64,000 bases of DNA. It comes from a virus. The stretch is taken from the IMG/VR virus record IMGVR_UViG_3300030090_005798, positions 1 to 64,000 of that record; one strand, written 5' to 3'. The notes under the pieces were generated by a model, which had not been told where the DNA came from, searched no databases, and saw only the letters and a list, made by a program, of their open reading frames with translations. How positions within the stretch are numbered: the stretch's first letter is position 1; every line of letters starts with the position of its first letter. Below, piece after piece: positions 1 to 9,649 of the stretch. The translations under genes and the position numbers were made by a program.

Positions 1-3000
1 AACGTGAGAGACGCTTGCTTGCCGTCTATTTGCGTCTGGATCGCACTGGTTACGCCGTCAAGGTAATCGAACTCCGTATTTGATACGTTGCCAGAGGAAC
101 CAATAAGGTTCGCATTCAATCGACTGGAAGCACTTATCGTTGCTTGTTTGGCATCTAACTGCGTCTGGATCGCACTGGTAACGCCATCAAGGTAACCGAA
201 CTCTGTATTTGATACGTCTCCGTTCGCTCCGATAAGATTCGCATTCAATCGGCTGGAAGACGTAATTTCGTCTTGGTATCTTCCGTCGAGATCGACGGTT
301 ACTGTTGCAGAGTCGGTGCGAGTCAACGTCAGAACTCCGTCAGAGGTTCCGAACGCTGCACTCGATACATAAACATTTCCATCGTTGCTATCAACATAGT
401 CCTTAACAGCCGCTGAAGTCGGGATCGTCGTATCGTTATCGTTAGACCCGATACCTTCAGACTCCGTTACCAGTGTGGAGGCTTTAAGGTTATCGACCTC
501 TAAGTTTGAGACAGTAACGCTATCAGCATCAACTGCGCTAAGAGTGGCAAGCGATCCTAAAGAAAGATCGCTACGAACATCGCTTGCAGAACGTCCTTCA
601 AGACCGTTAGCAGTAAAGCGAGCATACTCGTCGTCACTTGGGCTACCATCAATTAATACAGCTTTGCCATCAGATATACCAAAGGAACTTCCTCCTATAG
701 AACCATCCACTGTGAGGGTGTAATCTGGACTAGTGGAACCTATTCCTATTTTACCATCTGACTTGATGGTCATTCTTGCAGAACCCGCAGTATGAAAATC
801 TATTGTATCATCCGCTGGGTAACCCATCTTAGTGTTTGAGTCACTAGTATGGATTAAATAATCAGATATATAGTAATCGTCAGAGGAAGTGCAACAAGTG
901 CCTTGAATCTCATAACCACATCCATCACCCTGAGGGGTAATACTTAAGCCTAGCTCATCAGAAGAGCCTACAGTCAGATTGTGAAATTCTTCATAATCAG
1001 ATGTGCAATCTTTATATGGAGCGTATCCCGCTGAACCACAATTCTTTAATTGTGTTCGTATTGTGACTTTACAGTCATCTGTGGGAGTAGTGGTTCCTAA
1101 ACCACATCCAAAATCTAAAACTCGGAAAGATGCTTCTTTAGGATCATTAGACGATATTCCTGAATATGGCATATAATCAGCGGAACCGCAGTTTATATAC
1201 TTAGCTCTTATATCAACTTTCTCCCCGTCAACAGCAACAGTTATATTATCTTCTCCTGTCAGCGTTCTGAACTTTGAGGGCATTAAGCTATATTCGTCAT
1301 ATATCTCTGCGCCCCCTCCTATGTTCTCCCCAGACCAACCAGTTGTAGAATGAATAGTAGTTGTGCAGTCATTATCAGTATTGAAGACAATACCTGATCC
1401 AGCATTTAAAGTTCTAAATATAGCTTCTCCACCAGCTATACCTGAGTAAGCCTTCCAGTCTGCTGAGTTGTTGCAGTTATTATATTGTGCATCAATGTTG
1501 ATATAATCATTGCCTTTATCACCATCACCACCACCATCAATCAACGCTACGGTAATATTGCTGGTCGCGTTATCTCCATAAATTTTATGGAACTCTGCTG
1601 GCATTGTGCTGTATTCGTTATATACCCCAACACCTTGTTGCCCTATATTTTCACCAGACCAGCCCGTTCCATTTATTGTTGTGACACAATAATTAGTGGC
1701 ATGATCTACGTCTTTAACAAACTCAATATTATCTCCCGCCCTTAGTCCTCTAAATTTAGCTTTTCCACCAGCTATACCCTTATAAGCCCAGTGGTCAGCA
1801 TCTGCTAAACTGTCGCTACAGGCACCATATTCTGCTGATACTTGGATATAATCATTGCTTTTATTAGCATCAGCACCGTGATTAATCATCTGGACGGTGA
1901 CATTGCTGGCTATGTTGTCTCCATAAATTTTATGGAACTCTGCTGGCATTAAAGTGTATTCGTTATACACCCCGACACCTAGTTCTCCTACATTCTGCCC
2001 AGACCAGCCCGTGTTTCCTGATGGGCAATGTATTGTTGTGACACAATAATTAGTGTCATGATCTACATCTTTTTTAAAGATAACCCCAGTTCCTGCTTTT
2101 AATCCTCTGAAAATTGCAGTTCCATTTTCTATGGCTCTATACGCCCAATGATCTGCATCTTGATCGCTCCCTTCATCATCTCCACAGTTAGCAAAATGAG
2201 AGTTTATTAATATTGTATCGTTGTTACCTGCCTGACCATCAGCATTCCCATATGTGGTAGATATATTGCTAAGACCATTCGGTCCTTGGTTGCCATAAAT
2301 TGTATGAAACTCCGATGGCATCAGAGTATATTCATCATAGACACAACAACCTTGAGAGGGATTGTATGGTGAGGAAACAGTCCCCTCAAAACCTATACAC
2401 TCTCCAGACCACTCGCCTGAACCTCCTGCTCCACTAGCTTCAATTTCAATGTAGTTCTCTCTCTGGTATACTTTAACTCCACTTCCTGCTTTTATAGCTC
2501 TTACATTGACAGGATAAGTTTCTGATCTGTAATGAGGTCCAACACCAGTGGACATATCTACGTCTCCGTCTCCAGTTTTTAATATATGAGCAGAGGTTCC
2601 CTGAACAAAATTACCCCTTTGCTCAAATTGTCTGTCAGAAACAAATATATCGTCTCTTTGGTGATATTCTATTAAATGGCCATTTTTAATTCTGCAAATA
2701 GGATAATATCCAGTATAGCAATTATGACCCGTATCATATTCTTCAAATATAATGTGGGGAAACTGAGTAGTAAACGGTCTTTCGTCATTAGGGTCAGCTT
2801 CTTCTCCTTCAGGAACTTCAGGCTCTTTGTAAGGGTTTTCAACTCCCGTGAATAATGCTTCGGTTATTAAGAAGTTTTTAGAAGAAATTTGAACCTTTAC
2901 AAAATAGTGTAGATCATCTTCAAAATCCAAAGTATGGATTTTCTGCATATTATCAATATCCTGCTGCCTAGGCTCTTGTAGCTGGCTACTGGAAACCCTG

Positions 3001-3239
3001 TTGTAGATATAAGCTTGGTTGAACTCAACTAGATAACCAGTGGCATCACCATCTTGCCATTCCTCTCCATCAGGCGCTAATGGAAGATCACCCTCATGAT
3101 CGTCCTTGTCGAAGTATGCGTAATTTATTGTGGGTAAGAACGGAGTTGGTTCACCAACATTAAAGCCATCCCTGTCTTCATTTTGAGTCCAGTCCTTATT
3201 TCCAAAAGCATCACCCTCGGTTTTCTCTTCAATTCCCAT
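1..3239 (-). CDS. Long tail fibre / receptor-binding protein, 3' end outside window (>1,079 aa)
   Basis: Manually translated; absent from the ORF track because there is no stop in the window. ATG at 3239 overlaps the TGA of the upstream gene (MGIEEKTEGDAFG...). It has four Cys-containing GWSG..G..YDEY..MP..F repeats, a TAGSARMTIKSDGKIGIGSTSP fibre motif and two EF.YLDGVTSAIQTQ.D.KQ repeats. Confidence 0.85.
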   Translation of the reverse strand, partial: MGIEEKTEGDAFGNKDWTQNEDRDGFNVGEPTPFLPTINYAYFDKDDHEGDLPLAPDGEEWQDGDATGYLVEFNQAYIYNRVSSSQLQEPRQQDIDNMQKIHTLDFEDDLHYFVKVQISSKNFLITEALFTGVENPYKEPEVPEGEEADPNDERPFTTQFPHIIFEEYDTGHNCYTGYYPICRIKNGHLIEYHQRDDIFVSDRQFEQRGNFVQGTSAHILKTGDGDVDMSTGVGPHYRSETYPVNVRAIKAGSGVKVYQRENYIEIEASGAGGSGEWSGECIGFEGTVSSPYNPSQGCCVYDEYTLMPSEFHTIYGNQGPNGLSNISTTYGNADGQAGNNDTILINSHFANCGDDEGSDQDADHWAYRAIENGTAIFRGLKAGTGVIFKKDVDHDTNYCVTTIHCPSGNTGWSGQNVGELGVGVYNEYTLMPAEFHKIYGDNIASNVTVQMINHGADANKSNDYIQVSAEYGACSDSLADADHWAYKGIAGGKAKFRGLRAGDNIEFVKDVDHATNYCVTTINGTGWSGENIGQQGVGVYNEYSTMPAEFHKIYGDNATSNITVALIDGGGDGDKGNDYINIDAQYNNCNNSADWKAYSGIAGGEAIFRTLNAGSGIVFNTDNDCTTTIHSTTGWSGENIGGGAEIYDEYSLMPSKFRTLTGEDNITVAVDGEKVDIRAKYINCGSADYMPYSGISSNDPKEASFRVLDFGCGLGTTTPTDDCKVTIRTQLKNCGSAGYAPYKDCTSDYEEFHNLTVGSSDELGLSITPQGDGCGYEIQGTCCTSSDDYYISDYLIHTSDSNTKMGYPADDTIDFHTAGSARMTIKSDGKIGIGSTSPDYTLTVDGSIGGSSFGISDGKAVLIDGSPSDDEYARFTANGLEGRSASDVRSDLSLGSLATLSAVDADSVTVSNLEVDNLKASTLVTESEGIGSNDNDTTIPTSAAVKDYVDSNDGNVYVSSAAFGTSDGVLTLTRTDSATVTVDLDGRYQDEITSSSRLNANLIGANGDVSNTEFGYLDGVTSAIQTQLDAKQATISASSRLNANLIGSSGNVSNTEFDYLDGVTSAIQTQIDGKQASLT
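12..262 (-). repeat. Two tandem 129-bp (43 aa) coding repeats in the tail fibre
   Basis: tgcgtctggatcgcactggt occurs at 31 and 160; unit SSRLNANLIG.(N/S)G.VSNTEF.YLDGVTSAIQTQ.D.KQA. Confidence 0.85.
1120..2430 (-). repeat. Four degenerate 321-372 bp coding repeats in the tail fibre
   Basis: ccataaattttatggaactctgctggcatt is identical at 1576 and 1921; diverged copies lie near 2293 and 1260-1285. Confidence 0.8.
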
Positions 3240-3580
3240 CAGCCTCCCCCTTCATCTTTTGATGACGGAGAAATAGAACTATTATCACAGTCTATTTGAT
3301 GCACATTTCCATCTCCATCAAGGTAAAATAAATTATTAAACAAATTAAAATTATCAAAATTAATTGGTTTAATCTCCTTCTCTATTTCGTCGTCAAGGGA
3401 TGAATGAAAATATTTAATCCCTCCCCGTTTAACAGATCCATCTGGCCACAAATATTGTTTTTCAGCGAAATAACAATCAGTTAATGTGTTATTACGCCAA
3501 ACCTCAACATATGCAAAATCATTATCAAAGTCATGTCGCTTTGTTTCTAGCCTTACTACCTTTTTGACGATGGTTTTCAC
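3239..3580 (-). CDS. Hypothetical protein, translationally coupled to the tail fibre
   Basis: 113 aa, GTG start, TGATG overlap with the fibre gene, GTGTAA motif upstream. Confidence 0.65.
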   Translation of the reverse strand: MKTIVKKVVRLETKRHDFDNDFAYVEVWRNNTLTDCYFAEKQYLWPDGSVKRGGIKYFHSSLDDEIEKEIKPINFDNFNLFNNLFYLDGDGNVHQIDCDNSSISPSSKDEGGG

Positions 3581-3651
3581 TTTAATAATAATATAAAATA
3601 CTTACACCTATTTCAATTTTTATTCGGTATCTGAAATAAGTCTAATTAAAA

Positions 3652-4761
3652 TTAATTTTTATTAAATGAAGGGGGGTTATGCCATTCAGCTATAACTCTG
3701 GCCACCCCCCATCTTAGAGCTAATATTCTAGCAAAATCATAAGTGAATAAATCTGTATAAGGGGGAGTTCTTTGATTGATAGTAAACCAACCCGACCAAG
3801 GTTCATATACTTCAGTTGTATATTGCACTTTTTGATTAACAAACCACCCAGCGTTAAAGTATGGTTGCCCATCACCCTGCCAAATTTCTATATATGGAAA
3901 TATTTGCACTTTAGGTGGGGCATTTAGCAACCTAGTCGCTATTTTTTTCTGAGCTAACCCAGCAGGAGGTAATATAACAACCTTACCGTGACGTTTTTTT
4001 TGTATAGATAAAGATGATGGGATGTAATCATATCCAGCATCTTCCCCATCACTCCCTATTTTTCTCCACGCATCTGGCATAAATGGGAAATCACGAATAT
4101 CTGAATAATAATATTGGTCGTATTCTCCAGTTCGCTCTCTATAAATCCAGATGATGTCTCCATTTCTTCCTTTTTGGAAACCTCTTGAATTCTGTATCCC
4201 CGATTCATTTAAAGTAATAGGCACAGGGTAACCTCTATTCAAAGAATTAAAACCTTCTATTAGATTATAAACCATAGCTCCGCGTTTTACAAAGCCGCCA
4301 AATCCTATTACCCAATCTACATCTTTTTTTGATTCTATCCAGAAACCATTGTTTTCTGGAATATAATAATCTCCATAGTCAGCATCACCCCACCCTACAG
4401 CCTTCCAGCCTATTGATATGTTTTCAGGCTCGTCTCTTAAATCTTGATCATTGTAGTAAACTTGGGTCCAGTAAGACCCATCTTTAATCCAAATAATATC
4501 TGCATCTCGCCAGTATGGAGCAGATTTGAGACCTATCTCGTTATTGATCCCGAATGTTTCATTGATACTTTGATAGAGTCTGCCATCAGGGTTTCTGGTA
4601 ACATTAAAGGCAACTGGAGTAAAGCTATTAGCCTTGATGGTTTCTACATGAAAACCAACATAATCAGAAACAGAATAAGTCTGCTGCACCTGAGAGGTGC
4701 ATACAGAAGAAAATAATACAGGTAATATTAAAAACTTGAGATATGTCAGTGATTTGATCAC
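3652..4761 (-). CDS. Secreted protein resembling the Verrucomicrobia TIGR02597 family
   Basis: N-terminal signal peptide; DYVGFHVETIKANSFTPVAFNVTR and NRGYPVPITLNESG segments; duplicated DIIWI...YY...W..G module. Confidence 0.5.
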   Translation of the reverse strand: MIKSLTYLKFLILPVLFSSVCTSQVQQTYSVSDYVGFHVETIKANSFTPVAFNVTRNPDGRLYQSINETFGINNEIGLKSAPYWRDADIIWIKDGSYWTQVYYNDQDLRDEPENISIGWKAVGWGDADYGDYYIPENNGFWIESKKDVDWVIGFGGFVKRGAMVYNLIEGFNSLNRGYPVPITLNESGIQNSRGFQKGRNGDIIWIYRERTGEYDQYYYSDIRDFPFMPDAWRKIGSDGEDAGYDYIPSSLSIQKKRHGKVVILPPAGLAQKKIATRLLNAPPKVQIFPYIEIWQGDGQPYFNAGWFVNQKVQYTTEVYEPWSGWFTINQRTPPYTDLFTYDFARILALRWGVARVIAEWHNPPSFNKN

Positions 4762-4844
4762 CTCATTATCCCCTTACTTGACTGATTACATGCATTTTTA
4801 ATTATTTTTAATTATCTACAGACCGCAGATTATTTACAAGAGCC

Positions 4845-6176
4845 TCATCCACCCTTAGGTTTAGGCTTGGGTTTAGGCTCTGGTTCTGGCTCTGGCTCTG
4901 TTTCTGAGCCTTTAGCTCTTTGAACCTGTTCCTCAGTAGGAGCGCCTTTTTCCCCTTTTTTCCTCATTTTTTCCCCAGAACCCCTCTTAATTCTCTCTCT
5001 TTTCTTTCTGATGTTCTCCCAGAGACTACTATCAGATTTCTCTTTTTCTTTTAGAATCTCTTTATGGCGCTTCATGAAAGCTTCATGATTAGGTCCAGCC
5101 ATGTAAAGAGTCTTGCCATCCTCGGTTTTATGAGTATGAACTCCTTTCAAACCCATCTTTTCAGCATCTTTCATAGCTTTCTCTTTGCTGTCGAAGTAAT
5201 GATCATTCATATCAGGAGATCCATAAGACTTTTTCTTTTTATCTCCGTAAGCAGCTTTCGCTATATCTTGGTCTGCTTTTCTATATGATTCTTTTACCTT
5301 TCCTCCCCTCATCATCTTGAGGAATGTGTTTACCCTTGCCATAGCCCAACCATGACGAGACATATTTGGACGGTGAGATGTGCTAAAAGCACCAGCACCG
5401 CGCCTATAAACTCTTTTGAGTTGGCCTAAAGTAACCTTTTTGGAATACTTGGCATTGTGAGCTTTTACTTTTTCTTTTAAAGTATTTGTAGTTTTTTCAC
5501 TGAATGTAATTTTACCACCACCCTTTTTTGCGCTTCCTTTTGGGTTTCTTTTAGAACCCTTTTTTCTTTCGCTTGGTTCTGCGGGGGTTTGTGCTCCACT
5601 CTTTGGCCCCCTCCTTTTTGCAGCTTCAGAAACCTCAGCTAAAGCGGGACATTCTCTAAGCAAATCTTCATGGTCAAAAAAGGTCTCACCATCCCACTCA
5701 TAATCTTCAGAGCCTTTTGTCATATTTGTAACGCTCTTCTTGCTCCACATTTTACAAGACCAGTATCTAGCCTTCCATTTAGGACCAGCGTTATCGCAAT
5801 TGTGACGACTTCTAAAAGCCTTCCTTCTTTTTGGGTCGTCCCTCTTAATTTCCATATTGGGGTCACCGAAGTTTACCTTAACCACGTTTCCTTTTTCGTT
5901 TTTTACATAAACAGAGAATTTTTTCGGACCTTTGGGGGTTCTAAAGGGTTTATTAAGAGTTTTATTTTCGTTAGCTGCCTCACTAAAAAAAAGAGTGGTA
6001 TCCTCCCCATCATCAAAAACAACAGATGCTTTGGACTCAGCATCTTTAAATATATTCATACAAACAGCTACTCGCTGTTTATTGTCGTTAAATTCTTTTT
6101 TATCGGTTAAGTCTGAGACGCAGCGACCTACAAAATCACTGCGCTTCTCATTGTTTCTTGGAGTCGGCAATGGCAT
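4845..6176 (-). CDS. Highly basic multi-module viral protein with Pro-rich tail
   Basis: Modules MPLPTP..E..DFV.RC, VNFGDPNM..RRKAFRSRHNC..ARYWSC, LKRVYRRG.GAFSTSHRP..WAMARVN (DUF5824-like) and LWENIRKKRER; ends EPEPEPEPKPKPKPK. Confidence 0.75.
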   Translation of the reverse strand: MPLPTPRNNEKRSDFVGRCVSDLTDKKEFNDNKQRVAVCMNIFKDAESKASVVFDDGEDTTLFFSEAANENKTLNKPFRTPKGPKKFSVYVKNEKGNVVKVNFGDPNMEIKRDDPKRRKAFRSRHNCDNAGPKWKARYWSCKMWSKKSVTNMTKGSEDYEWDGETFFDHEDLLRECPALAEVSEAAKRRGPKSGAQTPAEPSERKKGSKRNPKGSAKKGGGKITFSEKTTNTLKEKVKAHNAKYSKKVTLGQLKRVYRRGAGAFSTSHRPNMSRHGWAMARVNTFLKMMRGGKVKESYRKADQDIAKAAYGDKKKKSYGSPDMNDHYFDSKEKAMKDAEKMGLKGVHTHKTEDGKTLYMAGPNHEAFMKRHKEILKEKEKSDSSLWENIRKKRERIKRGSGEKMRKKGEKGAPTEEQVQRAKGSETEPEPEPEPKPKPKPKGG

Positions 6177-6189
6177 ATTTTTGTTTACA

Positions 6190-6723
6190 CTATAAAAGTT
6201 CCATAGGGGAACGATATTCTTCGTATGGTAAGAACCAATGTTCGCATGTATTTAGTATATCATACAGTAAAACAGTGGTCATTAAGTCCTCTCTACCCTT
6301 CCTCGTATATCCTTTATACAGAGAATCTTTGAAATTTGAGACCTTTTTAGTCCAGTCACAAGTGTGGGCAAGGTCAAATAAATCGTCATTTTTGACACAT
6401 AAGAAGAAAGCCCCATAATCAAACGCGATCCAAGCTGGCTTTTGTTCGCCATTGCACCAACCCATTTTCCCCTGCACGTTCTTTATCTCTAATACTACCT
6501 TACCTTCTTTTTGCGTTTGTTTTAGCCCTTTTACGTCAAATCCCACACCATCCACTACGAAGTCCGTATGATTTTTTATATCATCATGCTGACTTGTTTT
6601 TTTAATTTCTTTACCTGCTGCTCTACAAGAGTCGTAGAATCTTTGTTGACCTTCATGGCCAGTATTTATTGATTTTTTAATATGCCCAGCAGATGACATA
6701 TTTTTAGCTTTGTCTGATATCAT
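6190..6723 (-). CDS. PD-(D/E)xK-fold endonuclease-like protein
   Basis: HTDFVVDGVGFDVKG motif and downstream LEIKN. Confidence 0.55.
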   Translation of the reverse strand: MISDKAKNMSSAGHIKKSINTGHEGQQRFYDSCRAAGKEIKKTSQHDDIKNHTDFVVDGVGFDVKGLKQTQKEGKVVLEIKNVQGKMGWCNGEQKPAWIAFDYGAFFLCVKNDDLFDLAHTCDWTKKVSNFKDSLYKGYTRKGREDLMTTVLLYDILNTCEHWFLPYEEYRSPMELL

Positions 6724-6730
6724 ATATTAT

Positions 6731-7456
6731 TTAAGGTTGTTCTATTTTATAACCTAGATACTCAACAACTTCTTCGTCTAAGTTTCGATTTATTTCCTCT
6801 ATGTGATCTTGCCTGAAATAGTAGCCCTCAGGACTACATGAAGCGTCATGACGTAGCTTATCCAAGTATAACTTATCCATGTAAAAACGTCTTCTATCCT
6901 CTGAAAAAGGAACGCGATTATTCATGTAAAGGTTTTTTTTAATATTTGTAATATTTTCAACTTTTTTTTCCAGATTCATCATTTGACCTAATCTTTCCAC
7001 ATTGTTTATATTTGAAATCATATCAATATACCTTACAAAAATAAAATTTCCACCTTGTTTTGAGAGAGATATTAGTTTTTTATAATATAAACTATATTCT
7101 TTAATAGGATGAAATTTTAAATTTTTATATCTTCTATCCCATTCCGAGAAGGCTCTAAAGCTTAACAACCAACTATAAGGGTCTTTTGATGTGATGACAA
7201 AAAAATCTGGGAAAGGGTTATTTTTTTTTATTCTTGCTTTAAGGTCTTCAAAGTCTCTTATACAAAAACATTTAAAACCCCCTGACGCAAAATCACTATT
7301 GCAATATAATCTGGCATGTTTGTGACATACGTCATACTCCTCTCTCTCCTGAGCGTGGTTAAGGTGTTCAATATGAAAATTATCAGACAGAAGCGCCTGT
7401 AAATAATTAGTGCCAGTCCTGTAAAGACCGTAAAGTAATATCTTTTTTTTGAGCAT
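6731..7456 (-). CDS. Sulfotransferase-family protein
   Basis: GLYRTGTNYL (5'-phosphosulfate loop-like) and KDPYSWLLS (3'-phosphate-binding-like). Confidence 0.6.
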   Translation of the reverse strand: MLKKKILLYGLYRTGTNYLQALLSDNFHIEHLNHAQEREEYDVCHKHARLYCNSDFASGGFKCFCIRDFEDLKARIKKNNPFPDFFVITSKDPYSWLLSFRAFSEWDRRYKNLKFHPIKEYSLYYKKLISLSKQGGNFIFVRYIDMISNINNVERLGQMMNLEKKVENITNIKKNLYMNNRVPFSEDRRRFYMDKLYLDKLRHDASCSPEGYYFRQDHIEEINRNLDEEVVEYLGYKIEQP

Positions 7457-7474
7457 ACTTTACTCTATTAAATA

Positions 7475-7816
7475 TTATAAAGTCATTGATTTTGTTTCAC
7501 CTGTCCTCGTATCTACCATAAAAAAATCATTTACATTATAAGCCCTGTCATCAATCCAGTAATCATAAGGAGGTTTACCCATCCTTAGCTCTGTTCTCTT
7601 CACACCCCATTCATCTAGTTGGCGCTTAGTTAGTTCTGAGTGATCTCTACCAGACCACCCTCCTCTTGCTGTCCAGTAAATAATTGTATGACCAGCATCA
7701 TACAGCTTATTGAAGAATTCAATTCTTTCTTTTATAGGTTTACCTCTGCTGTAAGGTGCGGTATCATCCTCATGTCGGCAAATAGTGCCGTCAATATCTA
7801 CAATGTATGTTTTCAT
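7475..7816 (-). CDS. Small HAD-superfamily phosphatase (possible GmhB equivalent)
   Basis: VDIDGTI (motif I), YWTARG (II), GKP (III), WIDD (IV). Confidence 0.8.
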   Translation of the reverse strand: MKTYIVDIDGTICRHEDDTAPYSRGKPIKERIEFFNKLYDAGHTIIYWTARGGWSGRDHSELTKRQLDEWGVKRTELRMGKPPYDYWIDDRAYNVNDFFMVDTRTGETKSMTL

Positions 7817-8412
7817 TATGATTTGTGATTTTTTTGAAATCCAAAACTATTTCCTGTAATCTGGTGAATTTCTGCATGTTTATCGACTCTGTAACCAAAA
7901 TGATAAACTGCTCTTTTTATTTGTTCGGCGCAAAAGTCATGGCCAAGCATCCAGCCTCCATGAGCTAGCTTAGGCCACCAAGCTTCTAAGTCTCTCGTCA
8001 CCCCCTCGTAAGTATGATTAGCATCAATAAAAATACTAGGTATGCTATTGTATGGAAAATGTCTTGCAGCTTCAGCAGAATCTGACTCTATCGTAGTTAT
8101 TAAATCTTCTAATCCTAAATCTTTTACATTTTTCTCAAAGATATCTAAAATAGAACCGCCATTAGACTCTGCCTCATCTAGAAGATCCTGCTCATTAGTT
8201 GTTCCTTTAAACCAGTCTACGGCAAAAAGTCGGTTTGATTTGTTTAATTTTTTAAGGCGTTCAGCTAAATAGCAAATAGACTTACCCTTCCAAACTCCGA
8301 CTTCTACATGAACCCAGTCCTCTTGCATAGATTCAGCTACACTGTCATATAGTTCTTCCCAATCAAAGAACCCATCAATATCTTCATAACTTTTTATTTT
8401 AGTTTCGGTCAT
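7816..8412 (-). CDS. Class I SAM-dependent methyltransferase (Methyltransf_24-like)
   Basis: VEVGVWKGKS, FIDANHTYE, GGWMLGHDF. Confidence 0.85.
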   Translation of the reverse strand: MTETKIKSYEDIDGFFDWEELYDSVAESMQEDWVHVEVGVWKGKSICYLAERLKKLNKSNRLFAVDWFKGTTNEQDLLDEAESNGGSILDIFEKNVKDLGLEDLITTIESDSAEAARHFPYNSIPSIFIDANHTYEGVTRDLEAWWPKLAHGGWMLGHDFCAEQIKRAVYHFGYRVDKHAEIHQITGNSFGFQKNHKS

Positions 8413-8906
8413 TTTTTTATTTTGTTAATAATGCGACTAGTGCTTGTGTTTTTGATAAATGGTATAACTTTTAAAATAGCATTACCTTTAGCTTTTAACT
8501 CTGCTTTATTTAAGGAATCTGGGTCATAGTCGCCCCCTTTGCACCAAAAGTCTGGTTGAAGCTCCTTTAAATGCTTAGAAACAGTTTTTGTATTGAAGAT
8601 AAATACATAATCAACCGCTTCGTGACAAGCTACCATGTATGCTCTTTCTTTGGCTGGAATGATTGGACGACCATCTCCTTTAAGTGCCTTGACGCTCGCG
8701 TCTCCATTTATACCTACAACCAATTTAGAATTCAAGCTACAAGCATTCTTCATGGCATTTAGCAAACTAGCGTGACCAGCATGAAATAAGTCGAAACACC
8801 CGTTAGCAAAAATAAAAAATTTTTTAAGACCGCAAGCCTCTAAAGTTCTAGCAAATTCCCTCTCTTGCTTGATTTCTTCAAAAGATAGGATTTTTTTATG
8901 TTTCAT
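8409..8906 (-). CDS. hldC: Heptose-1-phosphate adenylyltransferase (RfaE/HldE domain II)
   Basis: NGCFDLFHAGH, GINGDASVKALKG..RP, KGGDY, STS.II; start set at the ATGA overlap at 8906. Confidence 0.85.
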   Translation of the reverse strand: MKHKKILSFEEIKQEREFARTLEACGLKKFFIFANGCFDLFHAGHASLLNAMKNACSLNSKLVVGINGDASVKALKGDGRPIIPAKERAYMVACHEAVDYVFIFNTKTVSKHLKELQPDFWCKGGDYDPDSLNKAELKAKGNAILKVIPFIKNTSTSRIINKIKK

Positions 8907-9649
8907 ACTGTAGAAACCCCCTTCTTCCTTATTACTTTTTGGCAACAGTCTTGGGCGAAAATAATAGCTGTTTTTATGTTTTGTGTAGATGTGAACCCGT
9001 AAGAAAAAGCCGCCAAAAAAGTATCTCCAGCACCAGAAACATCTCTTATCTCTGATGGGTTTTTTAATTCAAAATCCTGATCTTTATAAGAGCAACCTCT
9101 TTCTGCTTTTGTTACAATTACGTTTTCCGCTCTATGTTTCCATCCATTCTCTAGGTATTCTTTCTCGTTAATTTTTATAAACGTAAAACAATCTGCCCAA
9201 TCGACATTAAATTCTTTTTTAGTATCCAAGAAGGATAGTTTGGCTCTCCTAGCTATTTGCACAAGGTCTGAGTCCTTTAAGAATCCCTTATTATAATCTG
9301 AAACAACAACAGCATCATATTCCTCTATGTTTTCTGGAAGTGTTCCACAATAGGTGTAGCTATCCGTATCTACCCTCAAGAGCATTTGATTAGATATAGA
9401 GTCTATATACCTAGTCTTGTATCCCATAGATTCATTAGTAAACAAATCAATTTGATTTTTATGTGGGATGTCTTTATGGGTCTCATTATCTATAGCTACC
9501 AAATTTGAATAAACATTACTAGCCATGCCTGAGTTACTTACTCCACTTTCTGGGACAAAAACTGGAGCAGGGGCTTCTGGGCAAAGTCTGTTAGCAGTTC
9601 CGTAGCAAAACCGATCATTGCAAGTTTCTCCTATGACTAAAAACTTCAT
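8903..9649 (-). CDS. hldA: PfkB-family heptose-7-phosphate kinase (RfaE/HldE domain I)
   Basis: RLCPEAPAPV, VSDYNKG, DVSGAGDTFLAA; start set at the ATGA overlap at 9649. Confidence 0.85.
   Translation of the reverse strand: MKFLVIGETCNDRFCYGTANRLCPEAPAPVFVPESGVSNSGMASNVYSNLVAIDNETHKDIPHKNQIDLFTNESMGYKTRYIDSISNQMLLRVDTDSYTYCGTLPENIEEYDAVVVSDYNKGFLKDSDLVQIARRAKLSFLDTKKEFNVDWADCFTFIKINEKEYLENGWKHRAENVIVTKAERGCSYKDQDFELKNPSEIRDVSGAGDTFLAAFSYGFTSTQNIKTAIIFAQDCCQKVIRKKGVSTV

Noticed and set aside
12-2430. Fibre repeats as diversity-generating retroelement TR/VR
   Set aside because: All copies are in-frame coding, differences are not adenine-specific, and no reverse transcriptase is in the window.
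1-3238. Apparent 3.2 kb non-coding or recoded region
   Set aside because: It is one open minus-strand frame running off the window edge; all three stop codons are used normally elsewhere, so there is no sign of recoding.
4852-4900. (EP)n(KP)n tract as TonB
   Set aside because: No N-terminal TM anchor or TonB C-terminal domain; it is only a low-complexity tail.
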